From contig CAVWXH010000009.1 of assembly GCA_963758915.1 (NCBI GenBank), forward strand, positions 32,001-96,000: 64,000 nt of DNA, written 5' to 3'. Source of the DNA: an uncultured Methanomicrobiales archaeon (lineage in GTDB: Archaea > Halobacteriota > Methanomicrobia > Methanomicrobiales > Methanospirillaceae). The notes under the pieces are model-generated. The model did not search any database. It saw only the letters and a program-made list of their open reading frames with translations, and had not been told where the DNA came from. Made by a program: the position numbers and the translations under genes. Numbering within the stretch: the stretch's first letter is position 1; each line of letters begins with the position of its first letter. This document shows, piece by piece, positions 30,038 through 40,253 of this stretch.

Positions 30038-30682
30038 TCACTCGTCTTCATCCAGGGGACGATTGTGACAATCGTCCTGTCTCCTGCGATAAGCACAGGA
30101 GATAAAAACTGCACCGATCAAGAGTATTATCCCGGCTAATGGTGCAAAAGGTATAATTTTTGCAGGTGTCGGAGCAGTTGCCGGTCCGGATGACGGGTAT
30201 TGATTGTAATCGACCGTGGTTGGCGTTGCATGGATGCCAAGGGATTCAAGGTTCCGTTTTGCTTCGATATTATTGGGATTGATAAGCAGGGCCCTTTTAT
30301 ACGCAGTAATAGCAAGGTCATTCCGGTTCATCGAGATATATACCTCCCCCTTTTTCAACCATGCCTGTTCATCTTTCGGGCTGAGCTCTGTTACGCGATC
30401 GAGCGCCTGTATCGCACCTTCCTTGTCGTTTAATGCAGCACTGGCCAGTCCCTTACCGTACCAGGGCAGGGATGAATGCGGATCAAGGGCAATAGCCTTA
30501 TCAAACGAGATCAGGGCATCTTTGTACCGGGCTGCCTTATACAGGTCAAACCCTTTCGTAGTCAGGACCGTTGCATCATCACCCGGGTTGTCACTGGATG
30601 CAGATACCAATCCCGGGATAATAACGAGTGTAACAACCAGGATGAAAAATACCATGAATTTCATGTTTATGGACCGGTGCAT
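30038..30682 (-). CDS. Secreted TPR protein with C-terminal membrane anchor
   Basis: Signal peptide, three TPRs, Thr/Pro linker, hydrophobic helix plus RRR. Confidence 0.82.
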   Translation of the reverse strand: MHRSINMKFMVFFILVVTLVIIPGLVSASSDNPGDDATVLTTKGFDLYKAARYKDALISFDKAIALDPHSSLPWYGKGLASAALNDKEGAIQALDRVTELSPKDEQAWLKKGEVYISMNRNDLAITAYKRALLINPNNIEAKRNLESLGIHATPTTVDYNQYPSSGPATAPTPAKIIPFAPLAGIILLIGAVFISCAYRRRQDDCHNRPLDEDE

Positions 30683-30824
30683 ACCTAGTATTTTTACCAG
30701 CGGTTTAATAATTGTTTATCCGGGAAAAGCTCCCGGTTACCCCTGGTTTCCTGCTTAACGGTACCTGCAGTCCAACTGACCACTACATTTTTTATTCTCG
30801 CATCTCCTTTCATCAAATGAAAAT

Positions 30825-31427
30825 ATGGCCTGTAATGAACAATCCTGGGAGATCCTTGACCAGATATCCGGCGAGATCATGAAATGCCGGCGGTGCCCGC
30901 TCTGGATGGAGGCTACCCATGGCGTCCCGGGAGAGGGCAGTATCTGTGCAAGGGTGATGTTTATTGGTGAGGCCCCGGGTGAACTGGAAGACTCACTTGG
31001 AAGACCTTTTGTTGGCAGGGCTGGAAAAGTCCTTGATTCCCTGCTTGCCGGGACGGGGCTCTCACGTGCCGATGTCTTTATCGCAAATATTGTGAAACAC
31101 CGCCCGCCTGGTAACCGGGACCCGCAACCCGGTGAAGTCGTCGCCTGCACCCCCTGGCTTGAGCAGCAGATCAACGCTATCCAGCCTCCGCTGCTCGTCC
31201 CGCTTGGCAGGCATGCGACCCGTTACGTACTTGGGAGAATCGGGGTGGAGTTTGTCAAGATCACGGATATTTCAGGCACCGTATTTGAAGGCGAACCATT
31301 CGGGTTCCCCCAGAAAATAATCCCGGCCCTGCACCCCGCAGCAACACTTCACAACCCACGGAGCAGGGAGCACCTGGAGGAAGATTTCAGGAGGATTCGG
31401 GATCTCCTTACGGAAATGGAACAGTGA
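30825..31427 (+). CDS. Uracil-DNA glycosylase family 4
   Basis: CRRCPL, IGEAPG..ED..GRPFVGRAG, RPPGNRDP, HPAA. Confidence 0.93.
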   Translation: MACNEQSWEILDQISGEIMKCRRCPLWMEATHGVPGEGSICARVMFIGEAPGELEDSLGRPFVGRAGKVLDSLLAGTGLSRADVFIANIVKHRPPGNRDPQPGEVVACTPWLEQQINAIQPPLLVPLGRHATRYVLGRIGVEFVKITDISGTVFEGEPFGFPQKIIPALHPAATLHNPRSREHLEEDFRRIRDLLTEMEQ

Positions 31428-31467
31428 ACGGTATCGTAATCAGTAGGGAATAGTAGTTGGTAAAAAA

Positions 31468-33090
31468 TTATAGTACCCTGAGTTTCTGACCAAATACCGG
31501 GAGAAAATCTTTTTTTCTCGACATTACGCCGTCAAGCCTGACAGGTTGCACAGTATACTCAAGCCCAAGGAGCGTGTTCTTATCCCCTGCCGCGAGGAGG
31601 TAACTGGTATTTCCCATCACGTTGGTAAAAAGTGCGAGGTACAGGTGAACACCATGTTCTTTCCTCAACGTTTCCAGTTCATTCCTGACCTCTTCAGCAT
31701 GGTTAAGGGGATAATCATCTGATGCCATCATCACCTGTGCGATGATCACGTCGCGGCCAAAAAGCGTGTAATGCTTCGTATCTGCCGTGAGAAGGTCACG
31801 GGGTGCTGCATGGACAAGATCCATCCCCTGCTTTATCAGGGCGGTCCCGAATTCTGCAGGGTCGAGCCCTGTGAGACCGGCAAGGAAGGAAACGGCTTTT
31901 TTGTCTTTTTCTGTGGTCGTCGACATCCGGAGCCCGAGCGTATCAGAGAGAATTCCTGCAAGGAGCATGCCTGCTGCAGGGACAGAGGGAGTCAGGCCCT
32001 TATCCATGAATTTATGGGTGATAATTGTCGACGTTGAACCAACGGGCTCATTCAGGAACGAGACCGGTTTTAATGTGGTAATCGCCCCAAGCCGGTGGTG
32101 GTCGATAATCTCGAGTATCTCGGCAGACTCGATCCCATCGACTGACTGGGTGAACTCGTTATGGTCAAGCAGGATTACTGACTTATGTATCTCCTCCAGG
32201 AAGGTGTTTCTCGATATCATCCCAAGGAGTATGCCCTCCTTGTCCACAACACATGCAGTCCGGTAACGGGAATTGGAAACCATTTGTTTTGCATAGGCGA
32301 GCGGGTCTTCAGGCCTTACAATAGGTACATCAGTTGCCATTACCTGTCCGGCAGCCCGTGAAAGGTGGATCATCCTGCCGACACTGAATGCATCAAGTGG
32401 TGTCGCAAGGATAGAGACGTTCCTGGCCTGTGCGGCTGATATCACACGGTCCCCTACGGGAGCACCTTCCGCTACAATCAGGGCTGCAATCCCGGCAGAG
32501 ATCAGGGCAAGCTGGGAGGGTTCGTTATCGCCCGTAATCGCTACGTCGCGGCCCGTCAGGGATGACAGGGCATTGTGGAGCGCATCGATGGCAATGATCA
32601 CCCTGCCATTCAATTCCTCGCAGCAGGACACGAGGACCTCGGCCTCGAGGATACGGGTCAGGGTAGCCTGGGATATCGGTCCGATGACCAGCTGTTCTCG
32701 CCGTTCCGGGGTGACATATGCCTTGGCAAGCCCGTACTCGCTGACAAGACCAATTACCCTGCCTTCCCGATTGATTACCGGGATGTTCCTGATGTCATGT
32801 TCATCCATCATCAGCGCCACATCGATAGCCGGCATCTCTTCAGGGGCACGGTGCGGATAGAGGAAGGGGATATCTGCTACCGATGGTTCAACAGATTCAA
32901 TCAATTCTGGCGGCTGGACCTGGAATTTTGACAGGACGAACCGGGTCTCTGCATTCAGTTCCCCACACCGTGCAGGGATATACCGGCCACCTTCATTCCT
33001 GTTGAGTAACTCCGCATACCCGATTACGCTTGCAATACTATCAGTATCAGGATGGCAGTGGCCGATGACATATACATTCTGGCTGCTCAT
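31468..33090 (-). CDS. ppaC: Mn-dependent family II pyrophosphatase with CBS and DRTGG domains
   Basis: GH..PDTDS, LLDHNE, IIDHHR, GSTSTI, ILSDT, SRKK; CBS-DRTGG insert. Confidence 0.93.
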   Translation of the reverse strand: MSSQNVYVIGHCHPDTDSIASVIGYAELLNRNEGGRYIPARCGELNAETRFVLSKFQVQPPELIESVEPSVADIPFLYPHRAPEEMPAIDVALMMDEHDIRNIPVINREGRVIGLVSEYGLAKAYVTPERREQLVIGPISQATLTRILEAEVLVSCCEELNGRVIIAIDALHNALSSLTGRDVAITGDNEPSQLALISAGIAALIVAEGAPVGDRVISAAQARNVSILATPLDAFSVGRMIHLSRAAGQVMATDVPIVRPEDPLAYAKQMVSNSRYRTACVVDKEGILLGMISRNTFLEEIHKSVILLDHNEFTQSVDGIESAEILEIIDHHRLGAITTLKPVSFLNEPVGSTSTIITHKFMDKGLTPSVPAAGMLLAGILSDTLGLRMSTTTEKDKKAVSFLAGLTGLDPAEFGTALIKQGMDLVHAAPRDLLTADTKHYTLFGRDVIIAQVMMASDDYPLNHAEEVRNELETLRKEHGVHLYLALFTNVMGNTSYLLAAGDKNTLLGLEYTVQPVRLDGVMSRKKDFLPVFGQKLRVL

Positions 33091-33361
33091 TTCAACGAAA
33101 CCTCTGGTTGCCGGTCCCTTACCGGACGGACTTTCACGGCAGACTGTCTTAACGTATCAGCTCACTACCCTATAATGATCTCGAAAAGAAGTAGTAATAA
33201 TAAATCCCGGGATTTTTCATCCGGGTAACTATCGGGGGCGAGCTTGATATCCGCAGCCTGGTGGTGAATATGTTCGCGTAAACCTGACGGTATGCGGAAA
33301 AACCCGCTGGCGCAACCGATCTCTTTATTCAGGTATTTCCCAAAGAATTGTACAGATTACG

Positions 33362-34514
33362 ATGATGATAGAACAGATCACATGCAGGATATCCCCGGTG
33401 ATTGCAGCCTTCATTATTATTACCTGTGTCATGTGCACGGGTGGAGCGTTCGCATCGTTCATCACTATACCGGGCGCTGAAACGGGACAGGGTGCAGGTA
33501 GTACACTTAACTGAAACCGGGTGGCAGCTGGTCTCGTATAATAGTGGAACTGTACAGGTCCCAGTTGCAGCGGGTTCAAAAATCACCCTGAAATTTAATG
33601 AGGACGGCAGCATAGGCGGCTCAGGTAGCATTAATCTCTATTTCGGATCATTTACACAAAACGGCAATTCGGTTACATTTGGCCCCCTGGGATGTACCGA
33701 GATGGCAGGTCCCGTACCGCTGATGGACCAGGAGAGCACGTATTTCCGCCTCCTTGATTCAACCAGGACTTCGCATGCCACAGGGAGCATACTTGAGTTA
33801 TCTGACGCAACAGGCCACGTTGTTTTGGTATTCAGGTCTGATAATTCCGGGAGTTCAAACAGTCCTGCTATTAGGAATCCTGCATCCATAGTACCCGGGA
33901 CAGAGTGGCAGCTCTCGTCGTATTCAGACGGTGTTACCACGGTATCAGGGCGGGACGTAAGGACAATCACCCTGAAATTTGATGGTTCAGGTAATATCAG
34001 TGGGTTTGGTGGTGTGAACAACTATTTCGGGACCTGCACCATGGACGGCACTACCATCTCTATCGGGCCTGTCGGGTCAACAAAGATGGCGGGCTCCGGG
34101 TCACTGATGACCCTGGAACAATTATATTTCAACCTGCTCAACTCAGCCACCGGGGTTAGTCTTTCCGATGATTCCCTGAGCCTGACCAATAATGAAGGAA
34201 AAGTCGTATTGACTTTCGAACCTAAAACCACGGCATCACAAGACAGGTACACTGCAATTATTCTACCCCGGAAGCCCCATGTCGTGGTACCACTTGCAAC
34301 CGGAGGACATTCCCAGACAACAATAACAAGCAGGTTAAATAAAAATGGCAATTGGACCGGATCCACCGGTGTGCTTCCGGTGAAACTGGTACAGCCGGGG
34401 AAGGGTATTGTCAGCATCCCGGCTACGGGGAATAATCAACGTCCATCCACTATGCCTCGTTTTAATGATACGATTATCCCACCTGTGACTTACCCGGGTG
34501 GACCATTATATTAA
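33362..34514 (+). pseudogene. Secreted double META-domain protein with a +1 frameshift at about 33510
   Basis: Signal-peptide ORF 33362-33514 (MMIEQITCRISPVIAAFIIITCVMCTGGAFAS..STL) joins the META frame (TETGWQL) if one A is removed. Confidence 0.75.
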
Positions 34515-34569
34515 GATCTTATTTTTACAATTCAGTTCGAATCGTCTGGAAATGCCAGAAACAGTATTT

Positions 34570-35241
34570 TCAGGTTTCCACAATTTTACCGTCTTTCAGC
34601 TGGATTATCCGGTGGAAATAGTCCTTGTGCCAGTCCTCGTGGGAGACCATAACAATCGTCTGTTTCATATCTTCATTGATCTCCCGGAACAGGTCCAGCA
34701 CCATTCGTGAGTTTTCTGAGTCAAGGTTTGCGCAGGGTTCATCTGCAAAGAGGATATCGGGCTTATTCACCATCGCACGTGCGATTGAAACACGCTGCTG
34801 CTGCCCGCCGGAAAGCTCGCGGGGGAGGTGGTCCCGCCGGTCACAGAGGCCGATTTTTCGGAGTATCCCGAAACTGTCTTTGCGGATCTGTTCTTCGGTC
34901 CGGTCCTGCCGCAGCATTGCTGGCAGGGAGACATTTTCCATCACCGTAAGATCCGGGACCAGTGCATAGTCCTGGAAGACATACCCGAGCTTGTAAAGCC
35001 TGAACATGGTCTTCTCATAATCTGTGAGAGTTAAGACATCAACGTCATCAATAACAATCTTTCCAGATGTTGGATGGTCAAGGAGACCGAGCATATGAAG
35101 GAGTGTTGTTTTACCACTGCCGCTTGCCCCTACGATGCCAAGAAATTCGCCCTTTTCGATATCGAGCGTAACACCGTCAAGGGCATTGACCTCGACGTTC
35201 CCCATACGATAGGTTTTCCGCAGATCCGTAGTCTCGATCAT
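34570..35241 (-). CDS. ABC transporter ATPase (LolD/MacB-like)
   Basis: [25 protein letters not shown]. Confidence 0.95.
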   Translation of the reverse strand: MIETTDLRKTYRMGNVEVNALDGVTLDIEKGEFLGIVGASGSGKTTLLHMLGLLDHPTSGKIVIDDVDVLTLTDYEKTMFRLYKLGYVFQDYALVPDLTVMENVSLPAMLRQDRTEEQIRKDSFGILRKIGLCDRRDHLPRELSGGQQQRVSIARAMVNKPDILFADEPCANLDSENSRMVLDLFREINEDMKQTIVMVSHEDWHKDYFHRIIQLKDGKIVET

Positions 35242-35242
35242 G

Positions 35243-36463
35243 TCAGGCCCTCATCGCAGTCTGGATATCCTCGCGGGAGACCTGGTAGGCGGGGACATAC
35301 CCGGCAACAACTGCTGCACAGAACAGGATGACGGAATTGGTCAGAAGATCCCATGGTGTGATATACAGGTATGCAGACCATTCGGGAGTCACGATGGGAT
35401 GCACGTACATGTATGCCGCGAGCGCGAGCGTGATGATGATCCCGAGGATAATGCCGAGGATGCCGAGGATAATGACCTGGAACCCGTAATTATGCATGAT
35501 TACCTGCTTGTCAACGCCGATTGCCTTTAGGATCCCAATCTGTTTGCGGCTGTTGAGGGTCTTGATTGTAATGACAATGAACAGCACAACCGTCGTAATA
35601 ATAACACTGACCATCAGGGACACCATATTGATAATAGCAAAACTCTGGAGCACCTTGCCTACACTTTTACTCAGCAGGTCTGTCATTGTCTGGACCTTTC
35701 CTTTTACCCCCACACCGTAAGAGAGGAGTTCATTCTTGATGAACTGCTCGGAATATCCGGGTTTCGCTCGCACGGTGATATAATTAGCACTGTCAAGCGT
35801 CTTTCCTTCCACCTGTTCCATATCAGTCCAGGTTACAAACGCTCCATTGTCAACCGGACTCCATCCGGTGGAATAGATTCCCTTGACCCGGTAGTCTTTC
35901 GTATAGCCATTGCCGTATTCAACGGTTATCGAGTCCCCTACCCGGACACCCCCGAGCGACTCCTGGAATTCATCTTCCTGGCGGACAGAGGAATCACCGG
36001 CTATCGGTTTACCGATGATGATCTCACCCGTGTCGTCCTCCCCGAGATAACTTCCGGTCACCATTTTCGTGTACACCGGCGATACCTCCTTCTCATCCGT
36101 GGGAGTTATGGCACGCACGGAAACACCGATAACCCGCTGCCGGTACTTGATGGTAGCCCCCTTGGAATACTGGGGGGATGCCCGCTGCACGCCCGGCATG
36201 CCGTTGATCAGATCCAGCGTGGCATCAAGGTCTGTAATGTACTGTTCGCCCGATTTGGGGCTGACAAGGACATTTGAGACCTCATAATCCACCAGCTGTT
36301 TAGTGATGCCCTGGCCAATCCCGCTGAACATGGATGGGAGGAATATCATGTTGGTAAAGCACATCCCGATAATCAGGACGGTCAGGATCGCGCTTGAGCG
36401 GCTCCCCCGCTGGAGTGAACGGAGTGCGAGGAGAAAGGCGACTTTCAGCTCTTTTTTACCCAT
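35243..36463 (-). CDS. ABC permease, FtsX/MacB family
   Basis: TM1 + large extracellular domain + IGILKAIG + 3 TM. Confidence 0.9.
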   Translation of the reverse strand: MGKKELKVAFLLALRSLQRGSRSSAILTVLIIGMCFTNMIFLPSMFSGIGQGITKQLVDYEVSNVLVSPKSGEQYITDLDATLDLINGMPGVQRASPQYSKGATIKYRQRVIGVSVRAITPTDEKEVSPVYTKMVTGSYLGEDDTGEIIIGKPIAGDSSVRQEDEFQESLGGVRVGDSITVEYGNGYTKDYRVKGIYSTGWSPVDNGAFVTWTDMEQVEGKTLDSANYITVRAKPGYSEQFIKNELLSYGVGVKGKVQTMTDLLSKSVGKVLQSFAIINMVSLMVSVIITTVVLFIVITIKTLNSRKQIGILKAIGVDKQVIMHNYGFQVIILGILGIILGIIITLALAAYMYVHPIVTPEWSAYLYITPWDLLTNSVILFCAAVVAGYVPAYQVSREDIQTAMRA

Positions 36464-37701
36464 GGAAGGGCTCCGTTGCCGTTTTTCCGTGGCAGGTACC
36501 AGTACCGGTACGCAAGGATTCCACCAACGATAATGATCAGCAGGACAAGGAGAAACATCCCGGTATTGTCTTCAGGTATTACCCTGACTGACATCGGGCT
36601 GGATATCGTATGTGTCCCGAGATCGTCTACATACGTGATGATTGTTGTATACTCGTAGGTGCCACCCTTTGCGCCGTCAAGCGAAAATACAGCAGGTGCA
36701 TCATTGCCAGGCTTGATCTTGCCGATAAATGCCTGTTTTGTACCGGTCATCGGGAGGTCTACCGTCGCAACCACCTGTTTTGCTTCACCGGTGCCGGTAT
36801 TTTCTATCCTGATGGTCAGGTCAAACGGCTGGTTTGCAATTACCCTCCGCGGGCTTGTTTCAACCGAGACAAAACCAAGCTCGGCCTTTCCCTTCATCAT
36901 GACATCAATGGAAGTTGTTTCTACATGCCCTGATCCATCAATCCAGTTGTACTGGAGCGTGACCGGCACCCGGACCAGCCCGGGGGGGGTGTTCCTGTCA
37001 GACAACAGGACGAGGTTAACGGTCCTGGAATCATTGGCATTTATCGCACCGATATGGTAGAAGTCAGTCGTCTTCGGTGCAATCATGTTGCTTACGTTAT
37101 TAATCCGGATAGTCACATCATCCGTGCTGGTCTCTCCCCCGTTCCGGACAACCAGCGTCACCGGGATCTCGTCACCAGGGTTCACCGTATCTGGGAGTGA
37201 ACTTTCCACGATCATGATGGCCCTTTTCTGGATCCCCACCGGGGTGTTAACGTTAACCGGGATTGGGAACCGGGTGCTCCTCCCACCCGTGGTATCGACC
37301 CACACCTCAGGATAGTACATCCCGGTCACTGGTGGCGCCCGGATGGTAAATGTCAACGGGAGCGACTGGCCCGGACCGAGTTCCCCCACCCGCTCGAAAT
37401 CTTTGCTGATGACCAGGATACCTTTTCCCTCGAGCTGGACGTTTTCAATATTCACGTTGATGTCCGTAACTTTGGTAGTCGTAAAATCATTGGCAAAAAC
37501 TCCTGCATTCTCCTTAATGGATGCGGTGGATGCCGTATTTTTCACGACCACGGTGATCGTCCCAAGACTGTCAGGCATCATTATCGGGGGGTTCACCTGG
37601 TATTCGCTTATCTGTACAGTTGGATCACCGGCAGCTGATGCCGGAAATAGTATGCCAGCAGAGATTGCGAGTGCAATTACGAGTATGTGGATTAACTTCA
37701 T
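36445..37701 (-). CDS. COG1361-like (S-layer domain/Ig-like) membrane-anchored protein
   Basis: Signal peptide, repeated Ig-like units (N.G..A..V, G.I.PG), C-terminal TM; first gene of ABC operon. Confidence 0.78.
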   Translation of the reverse strand: MKLIHILVIALAISAGILFPASAAGDPTVQISEYQVNPPIMMPDSLGTITVVVKNTASTASIKENAGVFANDFTTTKVTDINVNIENVQLEGKGILVISKDFERVGELGPGQSLPLTFTIRAPPVTGMYYPEVWVDTTGGRSTRFPIPVNVNTPVGIQKRAIMIVESSLPDTVNPGDEIPVTLVVRNGGETSTDDVTIRINNVSNMIAPKTTDFYHIGAINANDSRTVNLVLLSDRNTPPGLVRVPVTLQYNWIDGSGHVETTSIDVMMKGKAELGFVSVETSPRRVIANQPFDLTIRIENTGTGEAKQVVATVDLPMTGTKQAFIGKIKPGNDAPAVFSLDGAKGGTYEYTTIITYVDDLGTHTISSPMSVRVIPEDNTGMFLLVLLIIIVGGILAYRYWYLPRKNGNGALPWVKKS

Positions 37702-37952
37702 CGTGTTCAGTCCACCCGATCGGGGAAATTTTTCAACCAGCGGGATTTTTGTTTCTATAGAAACTTGTTCTGAATATATTCGCATGAAGTTATAGTATAT
37801 TTATTTATCAGCTCCATGCCCTGTTGTTCCCTTCATGCTAGTGAATCGCGAAATGCATCCATCATTTCCACGTTGAAACGGGGTTGCAGATTGTTACCGC
37901 CACCTGGCCAGCCGGGGACTGAAATGTGTTATACTGCGGAGTGGTTCAACCG

Positions 37953-38795
37953 TCAGCCGTGGAAGGAATGGGAACGAGGTATCATGGGTATTCCCTGCTC
38001 CTGGATGGCATATAAAACCCTGAACCTGCCGTCGCTGTAATTCATCACTATTTTCTTCGGGTGTAACCTGCTCAGGTAAAATGGAGGTAATATGCGGTCG
38101 AGTTCCCCCAATCCCCCGTAAAAAAAGAACTCGATATCCTTCCCGGACGGATTTGTCAGGATCACTTCAATTAACAGGGAATGTTGCTGCCTGTCTGTAA
38201 CATCCAGGTCAAAGATAAGCAGTGATTCCGGCCGGTTCTCCCCAGGAGTCGCATAAATTCGGGTTAATTTCGCAGTAAGCCAGTGGATTTTTTCCAGGCC
38301 CAGCCGCCGGGAAACGGTATCCGCAATATACCCAAACGGGAGTGCCCCGATGCCGATAATCAGGATGGGCAGTTCTTCCTGGAACAGTCCTGTACTGCTC
38401 CGGTATGATACAGGGGTCCCGAGAATTTCACTAATTTCCCGAAGAAGCCCTGTTTCTTCCGGCGTCGCAGAGATCACATTGCACCAGATCCCGAACTTTC
38501 CCTGGGGCCTGTTTATTATTACAACCCTTTTGTCATCTGACCTCCCGCTTTTTGGGATAAAATCCGGGCCAAATAGTTCAACACTCACATCAAGGGCATA
38601 TTCCCCATCTTCCAATCCTCTGATAACACCTGAAACCACCCTTCCTATCGGGGGTTGCCGGGGATCGTGAACAGAGAACACGGGGATAATGACCTGGTCT
38701 ATCATGGCAAGATGCTGCTTCAGGTCATCAGGAGTTATGACCTGGTCACCTGGAACAGCATGGGTGGTGGCTATCCGGATAGATCGAAGGGTCAT
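37953..38795 (-). CDS. Hypothetical protein with prohead-protease-like N-terminal motif and central hydrophobic helix
   Basis: 280-aa ORF; HDPRQPPIGRV..LEDGEYAL. Confidence 0.6.
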   Translation of the reverse strand: MTLRSIRIATTHAVPGDQVITPDDLKQHLAMIDQVIIPVFSVHDPRQPPIGRVVSGVIRGLEDGEYALDVSVELFGPDFIPKSGRSDDKRVVIINRPQGKFGIWCNVISATPEETGLLREISEILGTPVSYRSSTGLFQEELPILIIGIGALPFGYIADTVSRRLGLEKIHWLTAKLTRIYATPGENRPESLLIFDLDVTDRQQHSLLIEVILTNPSGKDIEFFFYGGLGELDRILPPFYLSRLHPKKIVMNYSDGRFRVLYAIQEQGIPMIPRSHSFHG

Positions 38796-38984
38796 TGCTG
38801 GTACGTAATTTTCGGTCTGGCAGGATTAATATAACCTTGTAACAGGTTTTCAGGCCCGGGAATGGAGCAGGAATACCATCGTTACATCTGATGCATGGTA
38901 ACGATAACAGAATTCGGGAAGACGGGGTATGCAATGGCCCGGGTATCCGTTTTTTATCTTTCTGAAACATCAGGTTACTATTAA

Positions 38985-39617
38985 ATGGCCCCACGGTTTT
39001 CGCCCGATGAAGGGAATATGGGGGTAATGGCTGGCGCCCTGGCGATAGCAATACTCCTGTCTCTGGCAATATTCTCATTGTTTATACTCCCCGGTTACTC
39101 AAGCGGGCAGGAGACATATTCCGGGCTGAGCCAACTGGCGGATTCCCCGGTAATTGCCAGTAATGTAACAGGATATGCAGATCTTTCTGGCACACTCGGA
39201 CCGGTTCAGGTGATGACAACGGCCCCGAATCCGGACAAACTCGGCGCAGTGGTGATGAAGATCCGGCTTGACTCCCTGCGGTATGTATGGAAACCGGGAG
39301 CGGGTGTAGACCTCGATAAAAGCACGGTGGTTTTTACAAGCCGGTCTGGCAGGGAAGTGATACCAAGAAATAGCGGGCTGCCTATGAAGAAACCAGGATG
39401 GGCAATTGTCCAGAAAGGAAGTACTATTCCATACCAGGGTGCTGACCAGGACAATATCCTCGAACCTAACGAGGAATTTGTTCTATTTATCTACCCTTCC
39501 ACCCCGCTTCCCCCGTCGACACCATTTACCGTTACAATCAGCATGCCGGAGGAGAACGCGCTTATGGTAAACCGTACCGTCCCCGTAATAGTCAGGCCTG
39601 TGATGAACCTGGGCTGA
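38985..39617 (+). CDS. Archaellin-like domain protein with N-terminal membrane anchor
   Basis: GVDL, W.I, DNILEPNEEF..TPFTVTI..NRTVP archaellin globular motifs; atypical N-terminus. Confidence 0.68.
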   Translation: MAPRFSPDEGNMGVMAGALAIAILLSLAIFSLFILPGYSSGQETYSGLSQLADSPVIASNVTGYADLSGTLGPVQVMTTAPNPDKLGAVVMKIRLDSLRYVWKPGAGVDLDKSTVVFTSRSGREVIPRNSGLPMKKPGWAIVQKGSTIPYQGADQDNILEPNEEFVLFIYPSTPLPPSTPFTVTISMPEENALMVNRTVPVIVRPVMNLG

Positions 39618-39778
39618 TCGCTTTTTTTCCGGCCTGCCCAATCAGGTAATCTCTTTTTATAGCGACGAACGCGAACGGGGATCCCGGCAGTTTACCCGGA
39701 TGACTCAACCGGTTTATCACCCGGCTGATTTCTGTAACGAAAGAAGGGAATAAGAGCCGCGATTACCTAGTAGTATTC

Positions 39779-40108
39779 ATGAAGTATACAGCGCGACACG
39801 TACGGAAATTCCTTGAGCAGGGAAAGATCGACCCAGTGCTCTGGAAGGTGCATTTCCCTTCACTCCTGGAGTCAAGAGTACCCACCTGCGAGGAATGTGA
39901 TGATTTTAAGAGTAACCTCTGCACGGGAGGGAAGGACCCGGTTGAATGTTTCCTGGCGATTGAGCCCTGTACAGATCAACAGCCTGACGACGAAACAAAA
40001 AAACAGGCAGGAAAGGATAAATCAAAGAAATACCAGTGGAACAGCAAAGGAAAAGAAAAAATAATCCCGTCTGGCGCGAATAAGGCGTACGACCAGTCAA
40101 AATTATAA
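39779..40108 (+). CDS. Small hypothetical Cys-containing protein with basic tail
   Basis: CEECDDF..C..PVEC; Lys-rich C-terminus; T-run after stop. Confidence 0.6.
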   Translation: MKYTARHVRKFLEQGKIDPVLWKVHFPSLLESRVPTCEECDDFKSNLCTGGKDPVECFLAIEPCTDQQPDDETKKQAGKDKSKKYQWNSKGKEKIIPSGANKAYDQSKL

Positions 40109-40161
40109 TACCTTTTTATCAGGTTGATACAGCTGATATGAAAAATTCCGTGAATCATTTG

Positions 40162-40253
40162 AAAGGCAACCTTTTTCATGCTCACCTATGAGCCAAAGGC
40201 TCATAGCACGCTTTGTTGAAACACACATGAACAGGAAGTTCACACCAGGGCGG
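40162..40253 (+). repeat. Hairpin flank plus left arm of the MITE-like repeat
   Basis: CTATGAGCC-AAA-GGCTCATAG hairpin (40186-40206), then CGCTTTGTTGAAACACACATGAAC; paralleled at 55631-55720. Confidence 0.75.
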
